From: Burkholderiales bacterium
Lineage (GTDB): Bacteria; Pseudomonadota; Gammaproteobacteria; Burkholderiales; SG8-39
Length of the DNA stretch: 64,000 nt
Direction of reading: 5' to 3'
Assembly: GCA_014860355.1 (NCBI GenBank)
Contig: JACZJV010000062.1
Span: 759-64,758, forward strand
Below are positions 10,053 to 18,740 of the stretch, one piece after another (positions within the stretch are counted from its first letter, which is position 1; the number at the start of each line of letters is the position of its first letter). Position numbers and translations under genes: made by a program. The notes below the pieces were generated by a model. The model did no database searches. It saw nothing but the letters and a program-made list of their open reading frames with translations, and had not been told where the DNA came from.

Positions 10053-10942
10053 AGCCCGCCGAGTTTCGCTGCGGCACTATCGCCATCGTCGGTCGGCCCA
10101 ACGTGGGCAAGTCCACGCTGCTGAACCACCTGATCGGGGAAAAAATCAGCATCACTTCGCGCAAGGCGCAGACGACGCGCCACCGCATCACCGGCATACT
10201 CACCGATGCGAGCACGCAGTACGTATTTGTCGATACGCCCGGATTTCAGACCAGGAATACCAGCGCCCTGAACCGCCTGATGAACCGCAGCATTACCCAG
10301 GCCTTGCAGGACGTGGACGCAATCCTGGTGGTGATCGAGGCCGGTCGCATCAGCCGGGAAGACCGTCAGGTGTTCGATTTGCTGCCGACCGGGCGGCCGG
10401 TGGTATTGGCGGTAAACAAGATCGATCGCCTTGCGGACAAGAAGCAGTTGCTGCCGCTGCTGGCGCAGTCGCAGACCGAGCACGCGTTTTCCGATGTCGT
10501 TCCTGTCAGCGCCAAAAGCGGGGAGCAGACGCGGCAATTGCTGCAAGCGCTGCGCCAGCACCTGCCGCAGCAGCCGGCGATCCATCCCGCCGGCGAGCTG
10601 ACGGACCGCAGCGAACGCTTTCTCGCGGCCGAACTGGTGCGCGAAAAACTGTTTCGGCAGCTCGGCGACGAATTGCCTTACGGCGCCAGCACGACCATCG
10701 AAAAATTCGAGACCGAAGGCAGGCTGCGCCGCATCCATGTGGCTATCATTGTCGACAAGGCCGGCCACAAGGCGATGGTCATCGGCAAAGGCGGAGAGAA
10801 ACTGAAGCTGATAGGAAGCGACGCGCGGCGCGACATGGAGAAGCTCTTCGGCGGCAAGGTGTTCCTGCAGATCTGGGTGAAGGTCAAGCACGGCTGGACC
10901 GAGGACGAACGCACGCTCAAAAACCTCGGATTCGAACCATGA
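10049..10942 (+). CDS. era: GTPase Era
   Basis: ATGA overlap with the rnc stop. G1 [10 protein letters not shown]3 DTPG, G4 NKID. C-terminal KH region. Confidence 0.95.
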   Translation: MKPAEFRCGTIAIVGRPNVGKSTLLNHLIGEKISITSRKAQTTRHRITGILTDASTQYVFVDTPGFQTRNTSALNRLMNRSITQALQDVDAILVVIEAGRISREDRQVFDLLPTGRPVVLAVNKIDRLADKKQLLPLLAQSQTEHAFSDVVPVSAKSGEQTRQLLQALRQHLPQQPAIHPAGELTDRSERFLAAELVREKLFRQLGDELPYGASTTIEKFETEGRLRRIHVAIIVDKAGHKAMVIGKGGEKLKLIGSDARRDMEKLFGGKVFLQIWVKVKHGWTEDERTLKNLGFEP

Positions 10943-11661
10943 GCGCACGCGCACGCCAGGACAACCAGCCCGGGTACGTACTGCATACCTACCCCTTCCG
11001 CGAGACCAGCCTGGTGGTCGAAGCTTTCACGCGCTCGCACGGGCGCATTGCCATGGTCGCGCGCGGCGCCAAGCGCCCGCGTTCGGCGCTGCGAGGCAGC
11101 ATCATGGCATTCCAGCCCCTGGGCCTGTCCTGGTCGGGGCGGGGCGAGTTGCGCCTGTTGCTGCGCGCGGAATGGCAGGGAGGGCAGCAGCGCCTGCAGG
11201 GCAGGGCGCTGCTGTGCGGCTTTTATCTGAACGAACTGCTGTTGAAGCTCCTGCCGCGCGAAGACGCGCACGAACAGCTGTTCCTCGACTATCAGGCGGC
11301 GCTGGCGCGCCTGGCCGAGGAACCGCAGCCCGGTGCCGTGCTGCGACGCTTCGAGAAGGCGCTGCTGCGCGAACTGGGCTACGCGCTCTCACTCGAGCAC
11401 GACAGCGCCAGCGGCGCGGAGATCGACCCGCGCAAGTCCTACGCCTACGAGCCCGAGCGCGGACCTGTGGCGGTAAATGGCGCCGCGCCGGCGGGCCTGG
11501 TCGTCTCCGGGCAGACCCTGCTCGACATCGTGCGCGACGACTACAGCGACCCGCTGACCCTGCAACAGGCCAAGGCATTGATGCGCCTGCTGATCAGTCA
11601 TCGCCTGGAGCAAAAACCGCTGAACAGCCGGCGCATATTCGAGGAGCTGCGACAACTGTGA
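10939..11661 (+). CDS. recO: DNA repair protein RecO
   Basis: ATGA overlap with the era stop. N-terminus ...[38 protein letters not shown] is typical of RecO. Confidence 0.9.
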   Translation: MSARARQDNQPGYVLHTYPFRETSLVVEAFTRSHGRIAMVARGAKRPRSALRGSIMAFQPLGLSWSGRGELRLLLRAEWQGGQQRLQGRALLCGFYLNELLLKLLPREDAHEQLFLDYQAALARLAEEPQPGAVLRRFEKALLRELGYALSLEHDSASGAEIDPRKSYAYEPERGPVAVNGAAPAGLVVSGQTLLDIVRDDYSDPLTLQQAKALMRLLISHRLEQKPLNSRRIFEELRQL

Positions 11662-12383
11662 TAGAACTCGGGGTGAATATCGATCACGTGGCAACGCTGC
11701 GCCAGGTGCGCGGCACGACCTACCCGGACCCGGTGCGCGCCGCCCTGCTCGCCGAGAATGCCGGCGCCGACGCGATCACGCTGCATCTGCGAGAAGACCG
11801 GCGCCACATCCAGGACCGCGATGTCGATGCGCTGCGCGCGCAGCTTTCCAGGCGCATGAATCTGGAATCCGCGGTGACGCGCGAGATGCTGCAGATCGCA
11901 CTGCGCGTGCGCCCGCACGATGTCTGCCTGGTGCCGGAACGGCGCATGGAACTGACCACGGAAGGCGGCCTCGACGTCGCGAGCCAGTTCGAGCGGGTGC
12001 GCGACGCGTGCCGGCTGCTCGGTGAATCGGGTATCCGCGTGTCCTTGTTCATCAATGCCGACAACGCCCAGATCGATGCGGCCAAGGCCGCAGGCGCGCC
12101 GGTGATCGAACTGCATACAGGCCACTACGCCGACACCGCGGGAGACGCGCAGCAGGCCGAGTTCAGGCGCATCTGCGAGGCGGTCGAATACGGCAATCTC
12201 ATCGGCCTCAAAGTCAACGCCGGCCATGGGCTGAACTATGAAAATGTAGCGCCGGTCGCTGCCCTGCCCGGGATTGCAGAACTCAATATCGGCCACGCGA
12301 TCGTGGCGCACGCCGTTTTCGTCGGCTGGGAGTCAGCCGTGCGTGAAATGAAACGGCTGATGACCGAAGCGCGGCGCGCGTGA
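11658..12383 (+). CDS. pdxJ: pyridoxine 5'-phosphate synthase
   Basis: GTGA overlap with the recO stop. [16 protein letters not shown]...[14 protein letters not shown]...NAGHGLNY motifs. Confidence 0.95.
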   Translation: MIELGVNIDHVATLRQVRGTTYPDPVRAALLAENAGADAITLHLREDRRHIQDRDVDALRAQLSRRMNLESAVTREMLQIALRVRPHDVCLVPERRMELTTEGGLDVASQFERVRDACRLLGESGIRVSLFINADNAQIDAAKAAGAPVIELHTGHYADTAGDAQQAEFRRICEAVEYGNLIGLKVNAGHGLNYENVAPVAALPGIAELNIGHAIVAHAVFVGWESAVREMKRLMTEARRA

Positions 12384-12769
12384 TCCTGGGCACCGGCACC
12401 GATCTGATCGACGTGCGCCGCATCGAGCGCGCGCTGGCGCGCTTTGGCCACCGCTTTGCCCGCCGCGTCCTGGTCGAGCACGAATACCTGCGCTTCTGCG
12501 CGCACATAAAGCCCGCCCACTATCTGGCCAAGCGCTTCGCCGCCAAGGAAGCGTTCTCGAAGGCCATGGGCACCGGCATTCATTTTCCGGTCAACTGGCA
12601 TAACGTGAGCGTCGCCAACGAACGCTCGGGCAGGCCTTATCTGAAGTTTTCGCAAGCGCTCGCAGCGCTGCTCGCGCAGCGCGGCATCAGCCGGACGCAC
12701 TTGAGCCTGAGCGACGAAGTCGAAATGGCCTGCGCCTTCGTAATCCTGGAGGGCAGCGACCATGAGTGA
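12380..12769 (+). CDS. acpS: holo-[acyl-carrier-protein] synthase
   Basis: GTGA overlap with the pdxJ stop. [15 protein letters not shown]... and the [10 protein letters not shown] motif. Confidence 0.93.
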   Translation: MILGTGTDLIDVRRIERALARFGHRFARRVLVEHEYLRFCAHIKPAHYLAKRFAAKEAFSKAMGTGIHFPVNWHNVSVANERSGRPYLKFSQALAALLAQRGISRTHLSLSDEVEMACAFVILEGSDHE

Positions 12770-13811
12770 CAGCCATGCAAGCGATGACCTGGGTCCGGTA
12801 ATGCTCGACCTGGCCGGCGTTGAATTGAGCGCCGCCGAGCGCGAAATGCTGCGCCATCCCCTCGTCGGCGGCGTGATTCTGTTTTCGCGCAATTACCGTA
12901 CACCGCAGCAGCTGTGCGAGCTTACCGCCGCGATCCGCTCGCTGCGCCGCCCCGAATTGCTGATCGCCGTCGATCACGAGGGCGGCCGGGTGCAGCGCTT
13001 CCAGGAGGGATTCTCGCGCATACCGCCCATGCGGCGCCTGGGCCTCGCCTGGGATCGCGACCGCGCCGCGGCGTGCAGGGCGGCGGGCGACATCGCCTAT
13101 GTGCTTGCGAGCGAGTTGCTTGCCTGCGGCGTGGATTTCAGTTTCGCACCGGTGCTCGACGTGGATTTCGGCGCAAGCGGCGTGATCGGCGATCGCGCCC
13201 TCCACTCGGAGCCGGCGGCGATCGCGCAACTGTCGGCAGCGCTGATCGCGGGCTTGCGCGAAGCAGGCATGGCGAGCGTAGGCAAGCATTTTCCCGGTCA
13301 CGGTCATGTACGGGCGGACTCCCACCTTGCCGTGCCGGTCGACGAGCGCAGCTTTGCCGAAATAGAGTCCGCCGACCTGGTTCCGTACAAGGAACTGATC
13401 GGGCACGGATTGACGGCGGTGATGCCGGCGCACGTGATCTATCCGGAAGTCGATGCGCATCCGGCCGGATTTTCGGCCAAATGGCTGCGGCAGATTCTAC
13501 GCGGGCAGCTGGGCTTCGAGGGCATGATCTTCAGCGACGATCTGTCGATGGAGGGAGCCAGCGTCGCCGGCGGCGTGGTCGAGCGCGCCCATGCCGCGCT
13601 CGATGCGGGCTGCGACATGGTGCTCCTGTGCAATGCCCCTGGAGCCGTTGCGGCGCTGTTGGCCGGGCTAGCCCCCGGCGCGACGAAGCAGGGTCGCGCC
13701 GAGGCGATGCGCGGCGCGCGCCTGGCGTCCGGGCTGGACGCGCTGCGGCCGAACAAGCGCTTTGCCCTGGCCCAAGCAGGGCTTGCGCGCTTTAGCTCCA
13801 CCCTGGCCTGA
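12762..13811 (+). CDS. nagZ: beta-N-acetylhexosaminidase (peptidoglycan recycling)
   Basis: 8-nt overlap with acpS. Family-3 glycosidase motifs (IAVDHEGGRVQRF, KHFPGHG, FSDDLSMEGA). Confidence 0.92.
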   Translation: MSDSHASDDLGPVMLDLAGVELSAAEREMLRHPLVGGVILFSRNYRTPQQLCELTAAIRSLRRPELLIAVDHEGGRVQRFQEGFSRIPPMRRLGLAWDRDRAAACRAAGDIAYVLASELLACGVDFSFAPVLDVDFGASGVIGDRALHSEPAAIAQLSAALIAGLREAGMASVGKHFPGHGHVRADSHLAVPVDERSFAEIESADLVPYKELIGHGLTAVMPAHVIYPEVDAHPAGFSAKWLRQILRGQLGFEGMIFSDDLSMEGASVAGGVVERAHAALDAGCDMVLLCNAPGAVAALLAGLAPGATKQGRAEAMRGARLASGLDALRPNKRFALAQAGLARFSSTLA

Positions 13812-13843
13812 GCGCCCGGCCGCTGCGGCGTTCTCTGCCTTCC

Positions 13844-14497
13844 ATGCACGACAGCTTCAACCCCGATTGCCGCGATTGCGAGCGGCTCGCCGGCTTTCTC
13901 GACCAGGTGCGGCGCGACCATCCCGGCTACCACGCGCGCCCGGTGCCCGCCTTCGGCGATGCCGCAGCCGAACTGCTGATCGTGGGCCTCGCCCCGGGGA
14001 TGCATGGCGCCAACCGCAGCGGACGCCCGTTTACCGGCGACCATGCCGGCATTCTGTTATATCGCAGCCTGCATCAGTTCGGTTTCGCCAGCCATGCCGT
14101 GTCGCAAGCCGCGGACGACGCGCTGGTGCTGAAGAACTGCCGCATCAGCAACGCGGTCAAATGCCTGCCGCCGCAAAACAAGCCGCTGCCGCAGGAGATA
14201 CTCTGCTGCAACCGCTACCTCGCAGCAGAATTGCGCCGGCAGCCGCCGCGGGTGATCCTGGCCCTGGGCGCGGTCGCGCATCAGGCCGTGCTGCTGGCCT
14301 GCGGATTCAAGCGCGCGAGTTATAAGTTCGCCCACCACGCGGTACATGCCTTGCCGCCAGCGCCGAACGCACCCGCAGGCATCCGCCTCTACGACAGCTA
14401 TCACTGCAGCCGCTACAACACCCAGACCAAGAGGCTCACCGTAGCCATGTTCCACGCGGTCTTGCGCGACATCGTCGCCGAGTTGGAGCAGTCGTGA
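13844..14497 (+). CDS. uracil-DNA glycosylase superfamily protein (family 4/5-like)
   Basis: CxxC near the N-terminus. [19 protein letters not shown] motif and a C-terminal HCSRYN-type motif. Confidence 0.8.
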   Translation: MHDSFNPDCRDCERLAGFLDQVRRDHPGYHARPVPAFGDAAAELLIVGLAPGMHGANRSGRPFTGDHAGILLYRSLHQFGFASHAVSQAADDALVLKNCRISNAVKCLPPQNKPLPQEILCCNRYLAAELRRQPPRVILALGAVAHQAVLLACGFKRASYKFAHHAVHALPPAPNAPAGIRLYDSYHCSRYNTQTKRLTVAMFHAVLRDIVAELEQS

Positions 14498-16320
14498 GTG
14501 CGCCCGCCGAACCCGCACCGGCGTTCGATGCACAGGCGCTGATCGTCAGCCTGCCGCATCTGCCCGGGGTGTATCGCATGCTCAACGGGAGAGGTGATGT
14601 GCTCTACGTGGGCAAGGCGCGCGACCTGAAAAAACGCGTGAGTTCGTATTTTCAGAAGACCGCACTAAGCCCGCGCATTGCGCTGATGCTGACGCAGGTG
14701 GCCGTGGTCGAAACCACGGTGACGCGTTCCGAGGCCGAGGCGCTGATCCTGGAGAACAACCTGATCAAGTCGCTTGCGCCGCGCTATAACATTTTGTTCC
14801 GCGACGACAAGTCCTACCCCTACCTGATGCTGAGCGGCCACGCCTATCCGCGCCTGGGGTTTCATCGCGGCGCGCTCGACGGCAGACACCGCTACTTCGG
14901 TCCGTTTCCGCACACCGGTGCGGTGCGCGAGAGCATACAACTGCTGCAGAAGATCTTCCGCCTGCGCACCTGCGAGGACTCGGTGTTCCAAAACCGCTCC
15001 CGGCCCTGCCTGCTGCACCAGATCCGGCGCTGCTCGGCGCCCTGCGTGGGCCTGATCGACAGCGACGCCTATGCCGCGGACGCGAAGAACGCGGAACTGT
15101 TCCTGCAGGGGCGCGAAGACGACGTGCTGCAGACCCTGGGCGGCAAAATGCAGCAGGCGGCCGACCTGCAGCACTATGAACAGGCTGCGTTTTACCGCGA
15201 CCAGATCCAGGCGCTGGCGACTACGCAGCAAAAGCAATACGCAGAGAGCAGCAGCGGCGGCGACGCCGACGTCATCGCCTGCGCCGGGGCGGCTGGCGCA
15301 GCCTGCGTCAACCTGGTGATGGTGCGCAACGGCCGCCATCTGGGCGACAAGAGCTTTTTTCCGCACAACGCCGAGGATCGGACCGCGCCCGAGGTGCTGC
15401 AGGCTTTCCTCGCGCAGCATTATCTCAACCGGCAGCTGCCCGCGATCATCGTGGTCGGCGCCGAATTCGATGCGCAGGAGACCGGGGCTGCGCTGGCGGA
15501 TCAGGCGGGACACGCGGTGCAGCTGGTGCTGCGGCCGCAGGGGCAGCGCCGCGCCTGGCTGGAGATGGCGCAAAAGAACGCACAGCTCGCCCTGGCGCAG
15601 CGCCTGTCGCATGCGAGCAATCAGGAGGTACGGCTCGCCGCGCTGCGCGAGGCCCTGGGCCTGCCCGATGCGGTGCAGCGCATCGAATGCTTCGACATCA
15701 GCCATACCCAGGGCGAGGCGACCGTCGCGTCCTGCGTCGTCTATGACCGCTTCGACATGCGCAACTCCGAATACCGGCGCTACAACATTGCCGGCATCCA
15801 GGCAGGGGACGATTACGCCGCCATGCGCTCGGTGCTGCAGCGACGCTACGAGAAGATTTCGCGCGGGGAGGGCGCCGTCCCCGATCTGATCCTGATCGAC
15901 GGCGGCAAGGGCCAGGTGAATGTTGCGCGCGAAGTCCTGGCCGAGCTCGGCATGAACGATATTTTCCTGTTCGGCGTGGCCAAGGGCGAGGAGCGCAAGC
16001 CCGGGCTGGAACAGCTGATCTGCGCCGATGCGAAAAGCAGCATCCAGCTCGCACGCGACAATCCGGGGCTGCATCTGATCCAGGCCATCCGCGACGAGGC
16101 GCACCGCTTCGCCATTACCGGCCATCGCGCGCGCCGCGGCAAGTCCCGGATGACTTCCTCGCTGGAGGGCATCAGCGGCATAGGCGCCAAGCGGCGCAAG
16201 GAACTGCTGGCCCGTTTCGGCGGCCTGAAAGGGGTGGTCGGCGCAAGCATAGACGACCTGGCCCAGGTTCATGGCATAAGTCGCAGCCTGGCGGAAAGAA
16301 TTTACCGCGAGTTGCACTAA
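14494..16320 (+). CDS. uvrC: excinuclease ABC subunit C
   Basis: GTGA overlap with the upstream gene. GIY-YIG N-domain ([18 protein letters not shown]), UVR domain, C-terminal (HhH)2. 608 aa. Confidence 0.97.
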   Translation: MSAPAEPAPAFDAQALIVSLPHLPGVYRMLNGRGDVLYVGKARDLKKRVSSYFQKTALSPRIALMLTQVAVVETTVTRSEAEALILENNLIKSLAPRYNILFRDDKSYPYLMLSGHAYPRLGFHRGALDGRHRYFGPFPHTGAVRESIQLLQKIFRLRTCEDSVFQNRSRPCLLHQIRRCSAPCVGLIDSDAYAADAKNAELFLQGREDDVLQTLGGKMQQAADLQHYEQAAFYRDQIQALATTQQKQYAESSSGGDADVIACAGAAGAACVNLVMVRNGRHLGDKSFFPHNAEDRTAPEVLQAFLAQHYLNRQLPAIIVVGAEFDAQETGAALADQAGHAVQLVLRPQGQRRAWLEMAQKNAQLALAQRLSHASNQEVRLAALREALGLPDAVQRIECFDISHTQGEATVASCVVYDRFDMRNSEYRRYNIAGIQAGDDYAAMRSVLQRRYEKISRGEGAVPDLILIDGGKGQVNVAREVLAELGMNDIFLFGVAKGEERKPGLEQLICADAKSSIQLARDNPGLHLIQAIRDEAHRFAITGHRARRGKSRMTSSLEGISGIGAKRRKELLARFGGLKGVVGASIDDLAQVHGISRSLAERIYRELH

Positions 16321-16435
16321 CGACCGGCTGATTGCGGTATCTTGAGAGCTGGTCTGGGGCCTCGGGCTGGCGGTACGCCATGTTTTCCGGCGCGCTTTCA
16401 GGCGCGCAATCCCGTGTCAATTTGGATATTCGGTT

Positions 16436-17005
16436 ATGCGTTTTAATGTTCCCAATGCGCTCACCTGGATGCGCATCGTGATGATTCCGCTGTTCGTCGG
16501 CGTGTATTACGCGCCGACCTCCTGGCTCACGCTGCCGCAGGAAAACCTGATCGCGACCGTCATTTTCACGGTTGCCGCGCTCACCGATCTGCTCGACGGC
16601 TACCTCGCGCGTAAACTGAATCAGGAGTCCGCGTTCGGCGCGTTTCTCGACCCGGTGGCGGACAAGCTGATCGTGGCGGCGGCGCTGATCGTGCTGGTCC
16701 ATCTTCATCGTCTCGATGCGGTCATCGCGGTGATCATCATCGGCAGGGAGATCACCATCTCAGCGCTGCGCGAGTGGATGGCCCATCTGGGCGCGGGGAA
16801 AAGCGTGGCGGTGTCCCTGATCGGCAAGATCAAGACCGTGTCGCAGCTTGTGGCCATCCCGATGCTGCTTTACCACGACCCGCTGGGCGCGTTCCAGCCG
16901 CAGCAGTGGGGCACCGGCTTGATACTGCTGGCCGCGGCGCTGACCCTGTGGTCCATGTTCTACTACCTCAAGATGGCCATGCCCACAGTGATAAAACATG
17001 GTTGA
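16436..17005 (+). CDS. pgsA: CDP-diacylglycerol--glycerol-3-phosphate 3-phosphatidyltransferase
   Basis: CDP-alcohol phosphatidyltransferase motif DLLDGYLARKLNQESAFGAFLDPVADK. Follows uvrC as in E. coli. Confidence 0.95.
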   Translation: MRFNVPNALTWMRIVMIPLFVGVYYAPTSWLTLPQENLIATVIFTVAALTDLLDGYLARKLNQESAFGAFLDPVADKLIVAAALIVLVHLHRLDAVIAVIIIGREITISALREWMAHLGAGKSVAVSLIGKIKTVSQLVAIPMLLYHDPLGAFQPQQWGTGLILLAAALTLWSMFYYLKMAMPTVIKHG

Positions 17006-17043
17006 TCACAGAGGGCAATCCCCGGTATAATTCGCCTCCTCAT

Positions 17044-17119
17044 GCGGCAGTAGCTCAGTTGGTAGAGCGCAACCTTGCCAAGGTTGAGGTCGAGAGTTCG
17101 AGACTCTTCTGCCGCTCCA
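17044..17119 (+). tRNA. glyW: tRNA-Gly (anticodon GCC)
   Basis: 76-nt cloverleaf folded by eye. Acceptor gcggcag/ctgccgc, anticodon loop ttGCCaa, T-loop ttcgaga, encoded CCA. Confidence 0.9.
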
Positions 17120-17223
17120 AGATTCGAAGGGAATGCGCGTAAGCGCTTGCGGCACAGGCCGCGGGCGCGTTCCCTTTATCAATTGCGGATTGCCGTCGCG
17201 CCTGGCCGGCGCGGGCTCGAGAC

Positions 17224-17297
17224 GGCGGGATGGCAGAGTGGTCATGCAGCGGCCTGCAAAGCCGTGTACGCCGGTTCGATTCCGACTCCCGCCTCCA
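17224..17297 (+). tRNA. cysT: tRNA-Cys (anticodon GCA)
   Basis: 74-nt cloverleaf. Acceptor ggcggga/tcccgcc, anticodon loop ctGCAaa, T-loop ttcgatt, encoded CCA. One C-A mismatch in the T stem. Confidence 0.85.
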
Positions 17298-17327
17298 GAC
17301 ATTCTGCGTCGCCCTACGATTTCTTGC

Positions 17328-18575
17328 TCACCTGCCGATGCGCCCGGCCACCGCGCGTATCTGCCGCGGCGCTGCCAGCCAGATACACAGGCCGGAGGCG
17401 ATACTGCATCCGATTGCCAGGGAAAATGCCAGCGCATAGCTGCCGCTCGCGTCATACAAGGCGCCGGTGATCCAGGGGCCCAGCGCGCCGCCGGCGATGC
17501 CTATTCCCATCAGGGTTCCGAATATGCCGCCGTAATGGCGTCCCTGAAATATTTCCGCGGGAATGGCGCCGACGACCGAGGTGAGTCCGTAGCCGAGCAG
17601 GCCCTGCGCGAGCACCATGAACCAGAGCAGCGCGGGGCTGGGCCAATCGCGCATCAACAGCAGCGCGACATAGCAGAGCACGAAACCGGCGTTGCCCACG
17701 GTCCAGACCCATTCGCGTCCGATGCGGTCGGAGATGTGCCCGAGCGCGATCTGTCCGGGGATCGCGGCGAAGCTGACGAAGCCCAGCGCCCAGGCCGCGT
17801 ACATCGGTGCGAATCCGGATTCGATCAGATATTTGGTCTGGTGCACCTGCACCGCGTACCAGGAGAACAGGCCGCAAAAATAGCCCGCGGCGATCCACCA
17901 GAAGCGCGCCGTGCGCATGGCCCGGGCAAGGGTCCAGTCGATCGCGACCCAGGCGTGATCGATCACGTTTGCGTGCGGCTTGGCTGCGGTGGATGCCGGC
18001 GCGGCGACATCGCCGTCGGGTCCGGTGCCCAGGTCCTCGGGCCGGCGCCGGATCAGCAGGTTGAGGGGGGCCAGCAGGCCGAACACCAGGATGGCCATGC
18101 CGATGCAGGCGGCGCGCCAGCCGGCATGCTCGATAATCGACTGCAGCCAGGGCAGCAGCACGATGGAACCGATGCCGACGCCGGAAAAGGCGATGCTCAT
18201 CGCCAGACCCCTGCGGCGCACGAACCAGTTCGGCAGGTGCAGCGCCTGGCCGGTGAATCCCAGCGCCACGCTCCCCGCACCGACTAACACGCCCAGAGTG
18301 AGATAAAGGTGCCATGGCTGGCTCACCTGCGCGGCCAGCAGCAGACCGACACCCATGATGCCCACACCCGCCTCGAGTACGATGAGCGGTCCATGGCGAT
18401 CCATCAGGCGGCCGAGCAGGGGGCTCAGCACCGCCGAAATGAAAAAGCCGAAGGAGAATGCGCCGGCGGTGACGCCGCGCTCCCAGCCGAACTCCGCGAG
18501 GATGGGCGGAAACAGCAGCGAGAATGCAGTGCGCGCGTTGACCGCCACGCCCATGGTGACGAAGGCCACGGCCAC
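17328..18575 (-). CDS. MFS transporter (12-TM type); true start uncertain
   Basis: 415 aa from GTG 18575, hydrophobic throughout with MFS loop motif GRLMDRHGP. The frame stays open 17 codons further upstream (..LKAPRFPFFYGWAI) with no ATG/GTG/TTG in it. Confidence 0.85.
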   Translation of the reverse strand: MAVAFVTMGVAVNARTAFSLLFPPILAEFGWERGVTAGAFSFGFFISAVLSPLLGRLMDRHGPLIVLEAGVGIMGVGLLLAAQVSQPWHLYLTLGVLVGAGSVALGFTGQALHLPNWFVRRRGLAMSIAFSGVGIGSIVLLPWLQSIIEHAGWRAACIGMAILVFGLLAPLNLLIRRRPEDLGTGPDGDVAAPASTAAKPHANVIDHAWVAIDWTLARAMRTARFWWIAAGYFCGLFSWYAVQVHQTKYLIESGFAPMYAAWALGFVSFAAIPGQIALGHISDRIGREWVWTVGNAGFVLCYVALLLMRDWPSPALLWFMVLAQGLLGYGLTSVVGAIPAEIFQGRHYGGIFGTLMGIGIAGGALGPWITGALYDASGSYALAFSLAIGCSIASGLCIWLAAPRQIRAVAGRIGR

Positions 18576-18740
18576 GATGGCCCAGCCATAGAAGAACGGA
18601 AATCGCGGAGCCTTCAGGTGATCATCCTATCGTTGCGCGCGCCGCTGAAGACCCATCTACAGTGGATCGTGCGCAGGGCGCTACATTCTATACTGGATGA
18701 TGCCGCCCGCGCCGTGCCGGCACGGGCGTCTGGTGCGGAT

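Noticed and set aside
9733-11661. 642-aa ORF covering rnc 3' end, era and recO
   Set aside because: Composite ORF. Only the segment from ATG 10939 matches RecO. The upstream portion overlaps era and rnc in other frames.
14665-16317. 550-aa ORF antisense to uvrC
   Set aside because: It lies entirely opposite a full-length, motif-rich uvrC. Its Arg/Ala/Gly-rich composition is typical of GC-driven shadow ORFs. No recognisable motifs.
17224-17297. tRNA-Cys as a pseudogene because of a C-A mismatch in the T stem
   Set aside because: The acceptor, D and anticodon arms, the T loop and CCA are intact. A single mismatch is tolerable. Needs a tRNAscan-SE score to be sure.
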